From: Eremomyces bilateralis CBS 781.70
Lineage: Eukaryota
Assembly (NCBI GenBank): GCA_010015585.1
Contig: ML975154.1
Direction: 5' to 3' (one strand)
Length of the DNA: 64,000 nucleotides
Position numbers and translations under genes: made by a program. Of the stretch, positions 11,159 to 22,700 are shown piece by piece (the stretch's first letter is position 1; each line of letters starts with the position of its first letter). The notes beneath the pieces are model-generated. The model did not search any database and was not told where the DNA came from. It was given only the letters and a program-made list of their open reading frames with translations.

Positions 11159-13674
11159 TCATCCCCTCCGTCGTCCACCAATCACCCCCTCCAACTCCAC
11201 CACCATACTCCTCTCCCTCCTCATCCTCTCCCTCTCCACTCCCCTCTCCCCCTCCTCCACCTCCCTCCTCTTTCTCCCCTCTTCCGCCTTCCTCATCCTC
11301 TCCTCCCGACTCATACCCACCACACTCACATACTTGCTATCCGCCGGCGTCGCTGCCATCCCCTCGAACACCTCCTCTTCCTTCCCTACCTCCTCCTTTT
11401 CTCCCAACAACATCCGCGCCTCCACCATCCCCTCCAACCGCCTTAACGCCTCCCGTGGCCCCTCCCCCTCCACATCTTCCCACTCCACCACCTCCCCGAC
11501 ACTACTCCCATCCGCGCTCCCACCACTCACGCACCGACTCGGCGCATCCGACGCGGCCGACGACGACGCGAAGTCCGACTCGACTGCTGTCACGCCAGAT
11601 AAGCTTACTCGGTACCGCGCGCGGTGGCCAGGGTCGAGGCCGGGGATCAGCCCGCGGTCGGGGACACTGCCGAGGCTCCAGCGCTGGCTAGGGTTGGTCA
11701 TGGTGCTGCGGCGCCGGAGGTTGCGGTCCATGGCGGATTGCGGGGCGGGGATGGTCGACGCGGGGGAATTGCCGGGATTCGTGGACGAAGGGGGCGAGAT
11801 GGTGGGGTTAATGGTGGTCGGCACGCCGAGGCTGACGACGCGGGTTGGGCGGCGGGGACAGCGGAGGGAGGAGGTGCTGCGGAGGGAAGAGGCGCGGCGG
11901 ATGGAGGGGGGGGAGAGGCGGTCGACGTAGTCTTTGAGGGATTGGGTGGCGGCGGTGGTGAGGGATTGGAGGTCTGCGAGGTCGGAGTGGAGGTGTTGGA
12001 AGTGGGAGAGGAGGGTGAGGGCTGTGGAAAGGGTGGGGTCGGTGGGGTGGGTGGATGTGGAGGGCGAGGTTGGGGAGAGTGATGGGATGGTGGATGGGGT
12101 AGAAAGGGTGTTGGCGTCGTCTTTGATGACGGCGATGCGGGCGAGGGCGGTACGGAGGGAGGTGGTTATGGGGTTGAGCGTGCGGAAGGGTGTGGTGGGG
12201 AGGGGTGGGATATTGGTTGGCTGGGAAGAGAGTAGGAAGTTCATGGACGCGGGTCGAAGGCGGCTGGTCGGTGTGGTGGGAATTGCACCGGGAGAAGCGG
12301 ATTCGGAAATCGGTCGTAATGGCGAAGCGACGCTGCTGGGACGCGATGGGATAGCGCCGTTGAGGGACTGAAGCGTGGAGCGCAGGTTGCTCGCGTCGTT
12401 CGTAAGGAGACTGGTGAGGGATTGAATGCATTCGGAGATGCGGCCCCAGCGCTTCGATTCCGTGGGTGAGGAACCCGAGCATGGCATCGCGAGCAGGATG
12501 CAGAGTAGAACTCGACGAAGGGTGACGTGTCGGTACCAGAGAGTTGCGAGATCGCGGACTGAAGGAACTTCCTCATCGGGTGATGAACCCGAGCCTTCAT
12601 CTTCGGAACTCCATGACTCGCGGACTTGTGAACCGAATCGCGCTTCGCTGATATCCTGCTCATGCACCTCGTAGATTTCGAGGTACTTATCCACCTCTTT
12701 CTCGTGATCCGCATACCGCTTGAAATCATCCGTCATATCGAGCAACATCGTTAGCAGTCCGCCAAGATCTTTGTTCAAGCATCTTCTCAACGACAGCAGT
12801 CGGGGTTTCTGGTCATCTCTGTCTGCAGCGATCTCCTCCACGTCATTCAATATGCCCAGCGTCTCTCTCCCAGCCTCATCAAACACCGTCATAGCCGAGA
12901 GCATCTGTTGGGCAATTTCGACCGCCCGCCTCCGAACATGTTCTAGCCATTGTTGTCGAATGTAGAGATATCCCACCGTGACGAGGGCCCACGACAACAC
13001 CATCGCGAAGCATAACCGTGCCAAACTCCAACCCTGTGCCGTATGCGCCCATTTAACCGCCGCCGCGATCACGCACGCGACGACCGGAACGGCCGCCACT
13101 TCATGCACATCCAGGCCCCTCGCCAGCACCTGGCCACTGGATAGTCTTTCCAACTGATTCTTCCCATTCGCTCCGCCTACCTCCTTCACCCATCCTGGTA
13201 TCTCCACCGGAAACGTGGAAGCCGCTCCATCCGCGGCGAGCAACGGCGACGTCGCGAGGATGTAGCGGAATTGTTCGAGGAACTTGGCGCCTTCGGCCTC
13301 GCGGATGGCGGCGCGGAGTTGGTTGAGGAGGGACATGTTGGTCGGGAGGGAGTCGGCTAGTTGGGAGAGTGAAGGGATGGAGAGGTGGAGATGTGGAGAG
13401 AGGTGGGCAAGGAGGGTTTGGAGGTGGGAGGTGACGGATGTAGGCGTCACATCTGACGAGGTGGAGGGATGTGGCGAGTTGGTGGAATAGTCTGTTTGCG
13501 AAGGGTCAGTATTTGCGATAGGAAGTGAAATTGAACCGGAGGGTGATTTTGTCAACGAAACCAACGGTGTGAGATTCACTTTGGTCTCGTGGTTGGATAT
13601 ATCACTTTTCATATTCCCAACATACCTTCAAGATAGGCAGCAAGCGGCGAGCCATGCTGCACAACTGACTCCAT
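11159..13674 (-). CDS. vezA: Vezatin/Inp2-like (myosin-binding motif of peroxisomes) membrane protein
   Basis: Short exon 1 13674-13626 (MESVVQHGSPLAAYLE), intron 13625-13492 (GTATGT...CTGAC...CAG), exon 2 13491-11159 in frame. Family motif FLEQFRYILATSPLL, two hydrophobic segments, C-terminal SREER...SMVVEL. Confidence 0.75.
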
Positions 13675-14698
13675 CACCACCGGAACTTCTTGCACTCTCC
13701 TGGCGACTCATCCACCATATACCTCGTGACGGTATTTGTTTGTGAACGTCCAAGTGCGCCCGACTGCACCACGTAGTCTCGTCTGTCCAGTTCCGAACCG
13801 ATACTGTGTCCTGATATACACTCAACAAACCACGATTTTGAAGTTCCCGAAATCTTTCAAAAGTCGGTTGTCCAGAATCAGTTTGAGATGGAATCTATGA
13901 CTGAAGGAGCGGATGTATATGGTCGAAGAATCACAGCACAAACAAGGTGAACTGCGATGGAAGACGGAGGATGCAGGTGATGATGAATTCCTGCGCCTAC
14001 GACTCGGAATAAGGGAATGAACTCGCAGGCGTCGCCGATCGTCGACCAGGATCTCGGCCTCCTTGGCTTCTGGAAGACGCAAGCGGCAAGACGGATGTTT
14101 TGGACACTTTTGCGACGCTCTGGGTTGCTGTGGCGTTTCGTAATCTTAGTTTCAAGTTTCAACGGCTCGTCCCTGAAGGCCGAGAGGCTCCGTGTTGCTT
14201 ATTCCGTTTCGAGATTCCTATCACGGTATCGTATCTATGTGTAAGGTACGCGGAAATTGGCATAGCAACAGATATGTACGGGAAAATATGGGTGAAATGT
14301 TAATATATTTTCCCCGCATGTCCGGTGCCGAGTCCATGGCTGAGTTAATATGAATCTATTTCCACGTGCGACACCCTCGACGTGCATGTGTATCACTGGA
14401 TCAACCATGCGGAGACGGGAATTAAGCGACATTGAGATACAAAAAAGATTCATTCTTCCGTGATGACAGACTAGAAATCCCGAACGAAACTCCAGGTTTC
14501 ATCATGCGGATGCAACTCCTTTATCGCATGATCGACCTCGACATCCCGAGTGCTGATGGTATCTGATGCTCTGACGCCTTGCCGAAATGCACCTAGCAAA
14601 ATCGTTTGTACTCCCTGCCAATGATACACTCGGCCCCTCAACCCGGTAGTATCATAATCAAAGAAACCCTATTCCCAACCCGAATACCTATCCCTTCC

Positions 14699-17600
14699 TC
14701 ACTTCTTATACCTGAACCCCAACCCCGGCAGCCTCGACCGCAACGCCAAACTACTTCCTACGACGCTCAAACTCGAGCACGCCATCGCCAAACTCGCCCA
14801 CACCGGATCTAACCGCACGTGCGCTCCGTTGCTCTCCACCGGATACAGCACCCCCGCCGCCACCGGCATCGCGATTAGATTGTACACACAGGCCCACCCG
14901 AAGTTGAACCACACCCGTCGGAACACCTTGCGCGACAGATCGATCAGTGTGAGGACCGACGACAGCTTCGAGTGGATCAGGATGAAGTCCGCGGAGGAGA
15001 TCGCGATGTCGCTGCCGGAGCCAATGGCGATGCCCACGTCCGCCATGGTGAGGGCGGGGGAGTCGTTGATGCCGTCACCGACCATCGCGACGGTGGCGCG
15101 GCCAGCGGGATAGGATTCCTCGGCATCTGTTGACTCATTGCTGCGTTTCCGTTGGCTCCGCTGCTTCTTCTTGTTCTTTTTCCGCGCCGGTACCGTCTTC
15201 TGGAGCCACTTAATCTTCTCGGCCTTCTGTTCCGGGAGGACACCGGCGATGACGTTCGTGGGCTTGATGCCGACCTGCGCCGCGACAGCCTGCGCGGTTG
15301 TGGGGTTGTCGCCGCTGAGCATCCAGACTTCGATTCCGCGCTTGGTTAAGGCGGACACGATGCCGGGCGCCTCGTCGCGGAGAGGGTCGGAGATGGCGAA
15401 GAGGGATGTGAGGATGTAGGTGCCGGTGCCCACGGTGGAATGGATGGATGAGCGGATGGATTGAGGCGGGTTGCGAGAGTAGCGCTCGGTTTTGGAGTTG
15501 TTGGTGGGAGGGAGGGGGAAGTTATAGGTGTCGTGAGCGTCCCAATAGGTGGATTGAGGCATGTAGCTACCCGTGCCGATGGACGGGTCGCCTTGAGGGA
15601 GGTCGGCACCAGAGGGGTAGAATGTGCCACTGCGGTTCCCTGGTAGGCTACCTAACCCAGGCTGGAGCTCGTCACCGTAGTCGCTCATCGAGTAAGTTTC
15701 CGGCCCGCGAGATTCTCGTAAGTATGAAGGCCTCGGGGGTCGCAGAGGCGCACCATGATCTGCATCCGCCTTGAAAGGGTTGTTGCTCGATCGAAACCGA
15801 CGGTTTTCTGTCGATGGCTTCTCGCTGATGGACTGCCGTTTGGCCTCCGACTTCACCCTTAATTCCTCAGGCGTGGTATAAGCTGCACGCAACGCCACCA
15901 GGACAACACTCCTGCCTTGCCTCTTCCAGCCCTGAAGAATACCATAGCTGTGCTCGTCGATGCCGACATCGTGTTCTTCAAGTAGTCTCTCATTGCCGAC
16001 CAAGACATCGACGTCAAGCAAGGCCCCTGACTTCTGCGCTCCATCTGATGCGAGGCCTCCCAGCGGAAGGGCGAATGATGCGGTCATTCCCATCCCCGGC
16101 ACCTCCTCAGCATCCCTCACTTCCAATTCATCCAGTGCGGCTTTCGCACCTGGTTTGGAATCCGAGATGTCCATCTCTTTATCTGCTTCCCCATCCGTAT
16201 CCTTACTCGGGCTCTTTATACCGAGTCGCTCCTCACAGAAGTCCATCACCGCTTTCGCCACCGGATGCCCACTCCCACTCTCAACCTGCCTCACCATCGC
16301 CAACACCTCGTCGGCGTCATCGTCGCTGGTCATTTTCCATCCCGTAACTTTTGGGTCCCCGCCCTCCGTCAGCGTCCCCGTCTTGTCGAACACCACCACG
16401 TCGAGATCGCTGGCTTCCTGGAATGCCTCGCCGCCGCCCTTGACCAGGATGCCGAACTTAGCCGCCAGCCCACCGCCCACAAACATGGCCGTCGGCGCCG
16501 CGAGTCCGATGCCGCACGGGCACGCGACGACGAAGACCGCGATGGCGAACCGCAGACTCCAGAGCGGGTAGCCGCCCTGACTGTTGTCCAGATAGGAATC
16601 CGGCAACAAGCCCGCCATGCCCGTCGCGAGCCAGACCGTCCAGGTGACGATCGCCACCAAGATTACGAATGGCACGAAATGCGACGTGATGATGTCGGCC
16701 GCGCGCTCCACCGGCGCGCGATGTGTCTGCCCTTCCCGCACCACTTTGATGATCTGATCCAACATGCTCGACCCGTCCGTTGTCGTGAGCTTCATGCTCA
16801 CCGGCCCCGTCCGGTTCACCGTACCGCTGTACACGGTGTCGCCGATCTCCTTCTGTACTGGTCGGCTTTCGCCCGTTAGGCTACTCTCGTCAAAGCGTGA
16901 CGAGCCGTCAATGATGATGCCATCGAACGGAGGCGAGCCACCGGCCTGCACGCGCACCACATCACCGACATCCAGCAGCGCAACGGGGATCTTTCGGCCG
17001 CTGACGTTGGTCGATTCGACGAGGATGGCTTCGGAGGGACGGAGGTTGCCGAGGTTGGTCACGGCGTCGCCGGTTTTCGCTTTGCTGTATGCCTCGAGAA
17101 AGCGGCCCATGAGGAGGAACATGGTGAGGAAGATGACGGAGTCGAAGTAGATACCGGAGCCGTCCATGCTGTGGGTGCCTCCGGAGGCATTGGGAAGGGT
17201 GGAGTTGGCCATGCCGCCCATACCGGGAAGAGCAGAGGCGGTCGGAAGCATGTTGTGACCGCTGTGCATTTGGGAGGAAAGGGTGTCGATAGTTGTGGCT
17301 GTTGCAGCAAAGGGACTTGGAGCAGTGTCGGTCTCAATTAAATGACCTGAATGGGAAGACATATCGTCAATCCCTAGGACCGGTGTGGGGGCAGCGGTGG
17401 GACCAGACGTTAGTGTTGAGAGTCCTATCGAGGTCCATATCATATCCATGTCCGTTGGCATCGGCGCTGGTGATTCCGCTGCTGGTGGTTGTGGGACTGG
17501 TGATTCCGCTGCTGGTTGCGGAGCTGGTGATTCCGCCGGTGGTTGCTGGGCAGGCGATTCCGCCGGTGGTTGAGCCGCTGCTGGTTCAGGTTCTGTTGCA

Positions 17601-19786
17601 TCTCCCTCTGTTGGATGCGAATGTCCAGCGGGCATATCATCCTGACGTTTGAAGACGGCTAACACAGCTCTCTTCATATCCTTCATATCGTGACCACCAT
17701 GTTTCGGCTTTTCCAGCGCGCCGATGATCAGCTCCGCGATGCTACTGAAGTAGGCGATCGACGTCCCTAAGCACATCAGCATGTTCATGCTTCCGAACCG
17801 GACGAACCGCTTCCACATCGGCGTCTTGCTTCCCGGTCGCCACATCGCTTTGACTTCTTTTATGGCTTTGCGGTGGAAGATGTCGGCTCCGAAGAAATAT
17901 ACCGGCGTCGCGAGGATGAATAGCGCCCATTCGGATCGAGAAACGGTGCCGGTCCACATCGGCGCCATCATGAATGTTCGAACGGCGTTGTCGTGATGGA
18001 GCAGACTCATACAAACGATCCCGATTATGAAGGCTGGGATGCCCGCCGTGACGCACAATGCGAGGCGTAAGAGGATGGTACGCCTCTCTCTTGCATGCAA
18101 TGCGCGACTCCTGTCTTCTAAGGTGGGAGCATGATAGGGGGTTGGTTTGAATTCCGGGTTGACGGATGCGACAAGGTCGAAGATGGTTCGGATCGTGAAG
18201 TGCGGGGCGTGTGGAGCGTATTGAACCTCGAAAATCGGATCGGCGGTGGTCGCGATCTTCTCGAGCGATATCTTGCCCTTGAACTCCTGCTCGAGCGCGT
18301 CGACTATGTGCGTGGGGCAGTGATGGCAGAACATGCCGTCGACTCGGAAGGAAACGGTTCGATATGTCTCTTCTTGCTCGGCTGCCGCTGCGTTGACCAT
18401 GTTCTCCAGCGTCGCGTCGAAGCCCGCGTCCTCGATCGCTTCGGTGATCGCCCCCACATTGTCCTTTCCTTTGAATTCGACGACGCCACTGTTCTGGATC
18501 AAGTTGATATCGACCTGGTTGACGAAGTCAAGCTGCTTAACGACAGTGCTGACATTGCCGACACATGCAGCACACGTCATGCCGCCAATCATATAGGTCG
18601 CTTTCCAAACATCGCCGCCGCCTTCGAGCACCAGCGTCCTCCGCTTTTTCGCTCCACCGATCTCTTCCAGCCCCTCGATGGTTGCGTCGAATCCTGCATC
18701 TTCAATGGTTGACCTGACCTGTTCAGCATGATCGTTACCCTCGAAGACCACGGTGGCGCTATGGGTGAGGAGCGAGACGTTGATGGTTCGAACGAACGGA
18801 AGCTCCTCCACAGCATTCGTAATGGCTCCGACACATGCAGAGCAGGTCATACCAACGATGCTGATGTCGGCCTTGAACGTCCCTGCTGCTGAGGTCGGGT
18901 CAACGATAACTGAAATCTCCTTTTTGGCCAAGGCCTTGGCCCTCGCCTCTTCCCCCGAAGGAAGGTATGTTGTATCCGTCGATGGCCGGTAATGTTGAGT
19001 ATCAAACGACGCCTGTGGCGCAAGCCCACGAGGTCGGTCATTGAAGCTGGCGACCTGCCGCAACGGCACGATATCGGTCGGTTGGTTCGACGCTTTCTCC
19101 AGCCCCCGTTCCTGCCGGCACTCAGCGCAGTTCTCGGAGTGTTTCATTTCTTTTCCCATCCTGTCCAGCTGTTCGTTTCGGCCGTAGTATGAGGTAATCG
19201 AGTACTCGTCCAAGTAACTCGACCGCGGCGAGCGAAGTCCTTTATGCTCGCGGAATGAGCGTCTCCATCGAGCTACCGCTTCGGTAAAGCTATTTTCCCA
19301 GTCGTCGCCAGTGTTGGCCGAGGAGACAACCTGGACTTCTTCCTGGCCTCGTGGGGTCCGCTGAAAGATGCTATGGATGTCGAACCCTTCGTTTTCGAGG
19401 GAGGTCGAAATGTCTTGCGTCCGAAGCAAGGAGGAGTGATGGACGATTACGGAATGAGAAATGATGGATGTGGAGACTCCAGTCGGCGCTGGTTCGAGTA
19501 ACCCGAGCGTGTCCTTGATATTCACAACACAGGAAGGACAGTGCAGGTTCGTGATATAGAGAGTAGTAGTGAGGTCCTCTGCCTTGTCGTCCACGGCCGG
19601 AGAGGGCTTTTTCAAAGGTGTGGCGGACCGGAACGGTGATGTAGGACTGCAAGAAACCGTTTCTGCAGGCATCCGTTCAGGGACAGATTGACCACGGCGA
19701 TGTTTTATCATATTGGCAGCGTCCCCGTTACTATTTGATTGCTGTGACCCCGGCTTCAAAGGCCCGGAATGCTTAGAATCTGCCAT
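14699..19786 (-). CDS. crpA: Cu(+)-transporting P1B-type ATPase, CrpA/Crp1-like, 1695 aa with two large insertions
   Basis: Single ORF. HMA motifs NLHCPSC, GMTCSAC, GMTCAAC, GMFCHHC; LTGES, ACPC, DKTGT, SGHP, SGDN, GDGINDSPAL; Cu(+)-type YN and MACSS in the last TMs. Subfamily (CrpA vs Ccc2) is inferred from the N-terminal motif layout. Confidence 0.9.
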   Translation of the reverse strand: MADSKHSGPLKPGSQQSNSNGDAANMIKHRRGQSVPERMPAETVSCSPTSPFRSATPLKKPSPAVDDKAEDLTTTLYITNLHCPSCVVNIKDTLGLLEPAPTGVSTSIISHSVIVHHSSLLRTQDISTSLENEGFDIHSIFQRTPRGQEEVQVVSSANTGDDWENSFTEAVARWRRSFREHKGLRSPRSSYLDEYSITSYYGRNEQLDRMGKEMKHSENCAECRQERGLEKASNQPTDIVPLRQVASFNDRPRGLAPQASFDTQHYRPSTDTTYLPSGEEARAKALAKKEISVIVDPTSAAGTFKADISIVGMTCSACVGAITNAVEELPFVRTINVSLLTHSATVVFEGNDHAEQVRSTIEDAGFDATIEGLEEIGGAKKRRTLVLEGGGDVWKATYMIGGMTCAACVGNVSTVVKQLDFVNQVDINLIQNSGVVEFKGKDNVGAITEAIEDAGFDATLENMVNAAAAEQEETYRTVSFRVDGMFCHHCPTHIVDALEQEFKGKISLEKIATTADPIFEVQYAPHAPHFTIRTIFDLVASVNPEFKPTPYHAPTLEDRSRALHARERRTILLRLALCVTAGIPAFIIGIVCMSLLHHDNAVRTFMMAPMWTGTVSRSEWALFILATPVYFFGADIFHRKAIKEVKAMWRPGSKTPMWKRFVRFGSMNMLMCLGTSIAYFSSIAELIIGALEKPKHGGHDMKDMKRAVLAVFKRQDDMPAGHSHPTEGDATEPEPAAAQPPAESPAQQPPAESPAPQPAAESPVPQPPAAESPAPMPTDMDMIWTSIGLSTLTSGPTAAPTPVLGIDDMSSHSGHLIETDTAPSPFAATATTIDTLSSQMHSGHNMLPTASALPGMGGMANSTLPNASGGTHSMDGSGIYFDSVIFLTMFLLMGRFLEAYSKAKTGDAVTNLGNLRPSEAILVESTNVSGRKIPVALLDVGDVVRVQAGGSPPFDGIIIDGSSRFDESSLTGESRPVQKEIGDTVYSGTVNRTGPVSMKLTTTDGSSMLDQIIKVVREGQTHRAPVERAADIITSHFVPFVILVAIVTWTVWLATGMAGLLPDSYLDNSQGGYPLWSLRFAIAVFVVACPCGIGLAAPTAMFVGGGLAAKFGILVKGGGEAFQEASDLDVVVFDKTGTLTEGGDPKVTGWKMTSDDDADEVLAMVRQVESGSGHPVAKAVMDFCEERLGIKSPSKDTDGEADKEMDISDSKPGAKAALDELEVRDAEEVPGMGMTASFALPLGGLASDGAQKSGALLDVDVLVGNERLLEEHDVGIDEHSYGILQGWKRQGRSVVLVALRAAYTTPEELRVKSEAKRQSISEKPSTENRRFRSSNNPFKADADHGAPLRPPRPSYLRESRGPETYSMSDYGDELQPGLGSLPGNRSGTFYPSGADLPQGDPSIGTGSYMPQSTYWDAHDTYNFPLPPTNNSKTERYSRNPPQSIRSSIHSTVGTGTYILTSLFAISDPLRDEAPGIVSALTKRGIEVWMLSGDNPTTAQAVAAQVGIKPTNVIAGVLPEQKAEKIKWLQKTVPARKKNKKKQRSQRKRSNESTDAEESYPAGRATVAMVGDGINDSPALTMADVGIAIGSGSDIAISSADFILIHSKLSSVLTLIDLSRKVFRRVWFNFGWACVYNLIAMPVAAGVLYPVESNGAHVRLDPVWASLAMACSSLSVVGSSLALRSRLPGLGFRYKK
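17466..17587 (-). repeat. Coding minisatellite, 27-30-nt unit x4+, encoding QP(P)AESPA repeats
   Basis: (g/a)ctggtgattccgc-like cores at 17466, 17496, 17523 and 17550. Confidence 0.9.
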
Positions 19787-22700
19787 GGCAAAATTGGGAA
19801 CCGTGGCGTGAGTTGATCAAACGGGGCGTCCCTGTCATAGATTGGCAACTAGAATGGAGATTGAGGAATGCTTCCGCGGTGACAGGGCAGTAATACAATA
19901 AAGTGCGGCTTATATGGAAGCGGAGACAGATGGTGGGAGGGATAAAGTGAGACTTAATATCGGGCTGTATGGAGAAATTGACATGCCAATGAACTTCCTC
20001 CGCGTGATTCACCGATGCGATAGAATGTTTGAGACTCCGAAAGAAACACTGTCACTGGGTTTAATACGGTCTGCGTGTATTGTGCGATGTATTTTCATTG
20101 ACAGAATCTGCCTGCATGAGTCAAAACGTAAGAAATTTGCACGCCTTTTCCCATCCGCCTCTCGCATAAATCTCGCAAACGTCATGGCGGCCTAGACGGA
20201 CAGCTTTCCACCCAACGGCAGGCGCTGGAATCTTCCATTATCAACGGCGTTGGTGCCGAGTCCGAAGCAGCAGCGGCCATGACGGGTAAATGCCAATCAG
20301 GGATAGATATTAAATCTTGTTACACAGGAGGGGGGAAGGTTGTCGAGGATAGATTCGAGTTGGAGTGACGTTGATGGAAGACGCTGCCCTTAGCAATGCT
20401 TGTCTTGGAATACGGGTTTCTGATTGGCTAGTTAAGCCCTTTCCCCAGGTTCCACCCTTGCTTGTCCCCTTGCTTGTCTCCTTGCCACCTTTCGAATAGA
20501 TGAACTCTCCCCACCTTCCTTTCAACCTCGTGGTCCTGTACTTGGCGGAATATACATAAGTATACATACATTGGGCTGGAACGAACGAGAAATTGGCTAC
20601 AATATGCGTGGACATGCTGCTGCGATTTCACACTTGCCACAATGCGCATTTCGTGGCGATGAGGCTATGGCGATGGCATCAGATCTTCTGTACATTCCAG
20701 CGGCCAAAGCAGTGTGATGCCTAGGGGAATGATTTCGTATCATTTGGTGACTGGTATAGTAACCGGAGATGAATTTCACACCATCGTGTTACCAGTGTCT
20801 TTCTTTTCAAGTCAAATTCTTCAAGTCTTGGACTGCATGGCAACATCTCAGCGGCGTTATCACCATCGTGTCATGGGGCGCTTGCCCTTATCAAACCACA
20901 ATATAGCTCTCTTTTCTTCTATCTTTGTAATATCGACCTGCATCTGATTCATACCGGGTACGCTAGAACTCGTGGCATGACAAATGCCATCCTCGTGTGA
21001 CATTTCGAACGCGTCCATCGGGCGGCTCAAAGCTTGAGTGCAATAAAGCCATGCGACCATCTGGTCTTTATCTGGGGCTATCTGGCATATCATCGTACAA
21101 TCTGACCGAGGCACTAGTCGCGATATTGTGTATGGACGAATCGGCATGAAGCTGACAATATATTTGACGAGGGCGGACCGCATCCCCGTCACCACAAGGC
21201 AATAATATCCCTGTTCGTATAAGCTCCGAAATTAACGTTAAATTTAACTATAATCTCCGAACTCACATCTTCAGTCGGACTCCAACTCTATCGTACCATA
21301 CTCTATTCCGCACCGCTTCCAATGCCACCTTCGAATCCCTGGGACGAAGGTGTTCCCCGCCCAAATTAAGCACCTCCAAGATTTCTCGGCGCATATCAAA
21401 TGCCGTGATCAATTTGAAGCTCCTCGGAAGAAGTTTGGTCGTCTCAAGCGAGCCACTGACCCCGTGGACGGTGTGTTCGGCTCCACGAATGGAAGGTGAC
21501 GCTGAAATCAATCTCATCGTATTTGCTATTACGGGAACGAGGCAATATCGGGCCGGATGTCTCGGATCCGAACCTCATTGTTACCGACATGGAACGAAGA
21601 GCAAGATGCCACTCTGTGGGCGAATGACGCAAGTTGACACGTTTTGTTCGAGTCGCCTGGTAAACTGGTGTGAAAGGAGAGGAATGCCTCGAATCAACAA
21701 GCGTATACAATGGACAATTGTTTGAACCTTAACAAAGAGGTTCTCACTTGGACGGACGGAGCGTCGAATTATGCTCTCAATGTCGAGTAGCACAGTTTTG
21801 ACAAGTACTCAAAGCGAAATTGAACCACATGCGGTGGTCGCCATGGTACTGTTCCGTCAGCATCAAAGGATACGACAGAATTTTGAGAGGTACAGATATT
21901 TCGTCATCAACTCTCATACTTCCCTTACACTGCCAGGATTGAGGAGCACTTGGCCAAAAGACACCAGTCATGGTTAGCAGCACAATACCACAAAGCACAA
22001 ACATCAGATCTGGGGACAGGTACGTCATCGGCTGGTCTCTCCAAAGTCTCCATGCCCTGTCCGAACAATACCCTGTTTGCCTTAGAGCCTTAGGGACTTG
22101 ATGCCTCAGGCATGAAAGAAAACAAGTTAGTCACGTGCCTGCGATTGGATCCTTGGGCCATGGGAGTGGACCTTCCAAGCGTCTCTTTCAACCTCAAAGT
22201 CGAAACATCAGACAAAGAGATCATTATTCCTCAATAGCCTTTTGGGGGTTTAATTTCTTTCGTTCGCAACAATGGCGGCCCTTCAGCTCTTATGCAATGC
22301 CAATGGAAACGCCCGCGCTTGGCCCTGGCGTGCTTCCCTTGGCCATTGCAGATGTAGCCAGGGGATATGCACTGTTCAAGATGGTCAAGAGATGCATCGA
22401 AGCGATACGCGGATTCGCACCGATTGAAGCGTAAGTTCCCCAGTTTTTGGACCAGTGGCGTATCATTGCTCAACACAACTTTCGCCTCAAGATACTCCAA
22501 AGTTTCGTTCTCCGGTGAACCAGGAGGAATCAGGTCAAATGTGTGGTGACTGTGGTCGATCGTTCTGTCCAGCGCGATGATGCGAAATGTCGTGCTCGCG
22601 GGAGGCCCGCCAAAACCCCTGTTCGCTTCATGCTTTGTTTTTCTCCCACCCCATTCATTCCCGTTCATTGGCCCATCTTTCAAATGTCATCAGGTACAAT

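Noticed and set aside
19800..20650. Ace1/AceA-like GCTG copper-response elements upstream of the Cu-ATPase
   Set aside because: The consensus is too degenerate; the matches seen are expected by chance.
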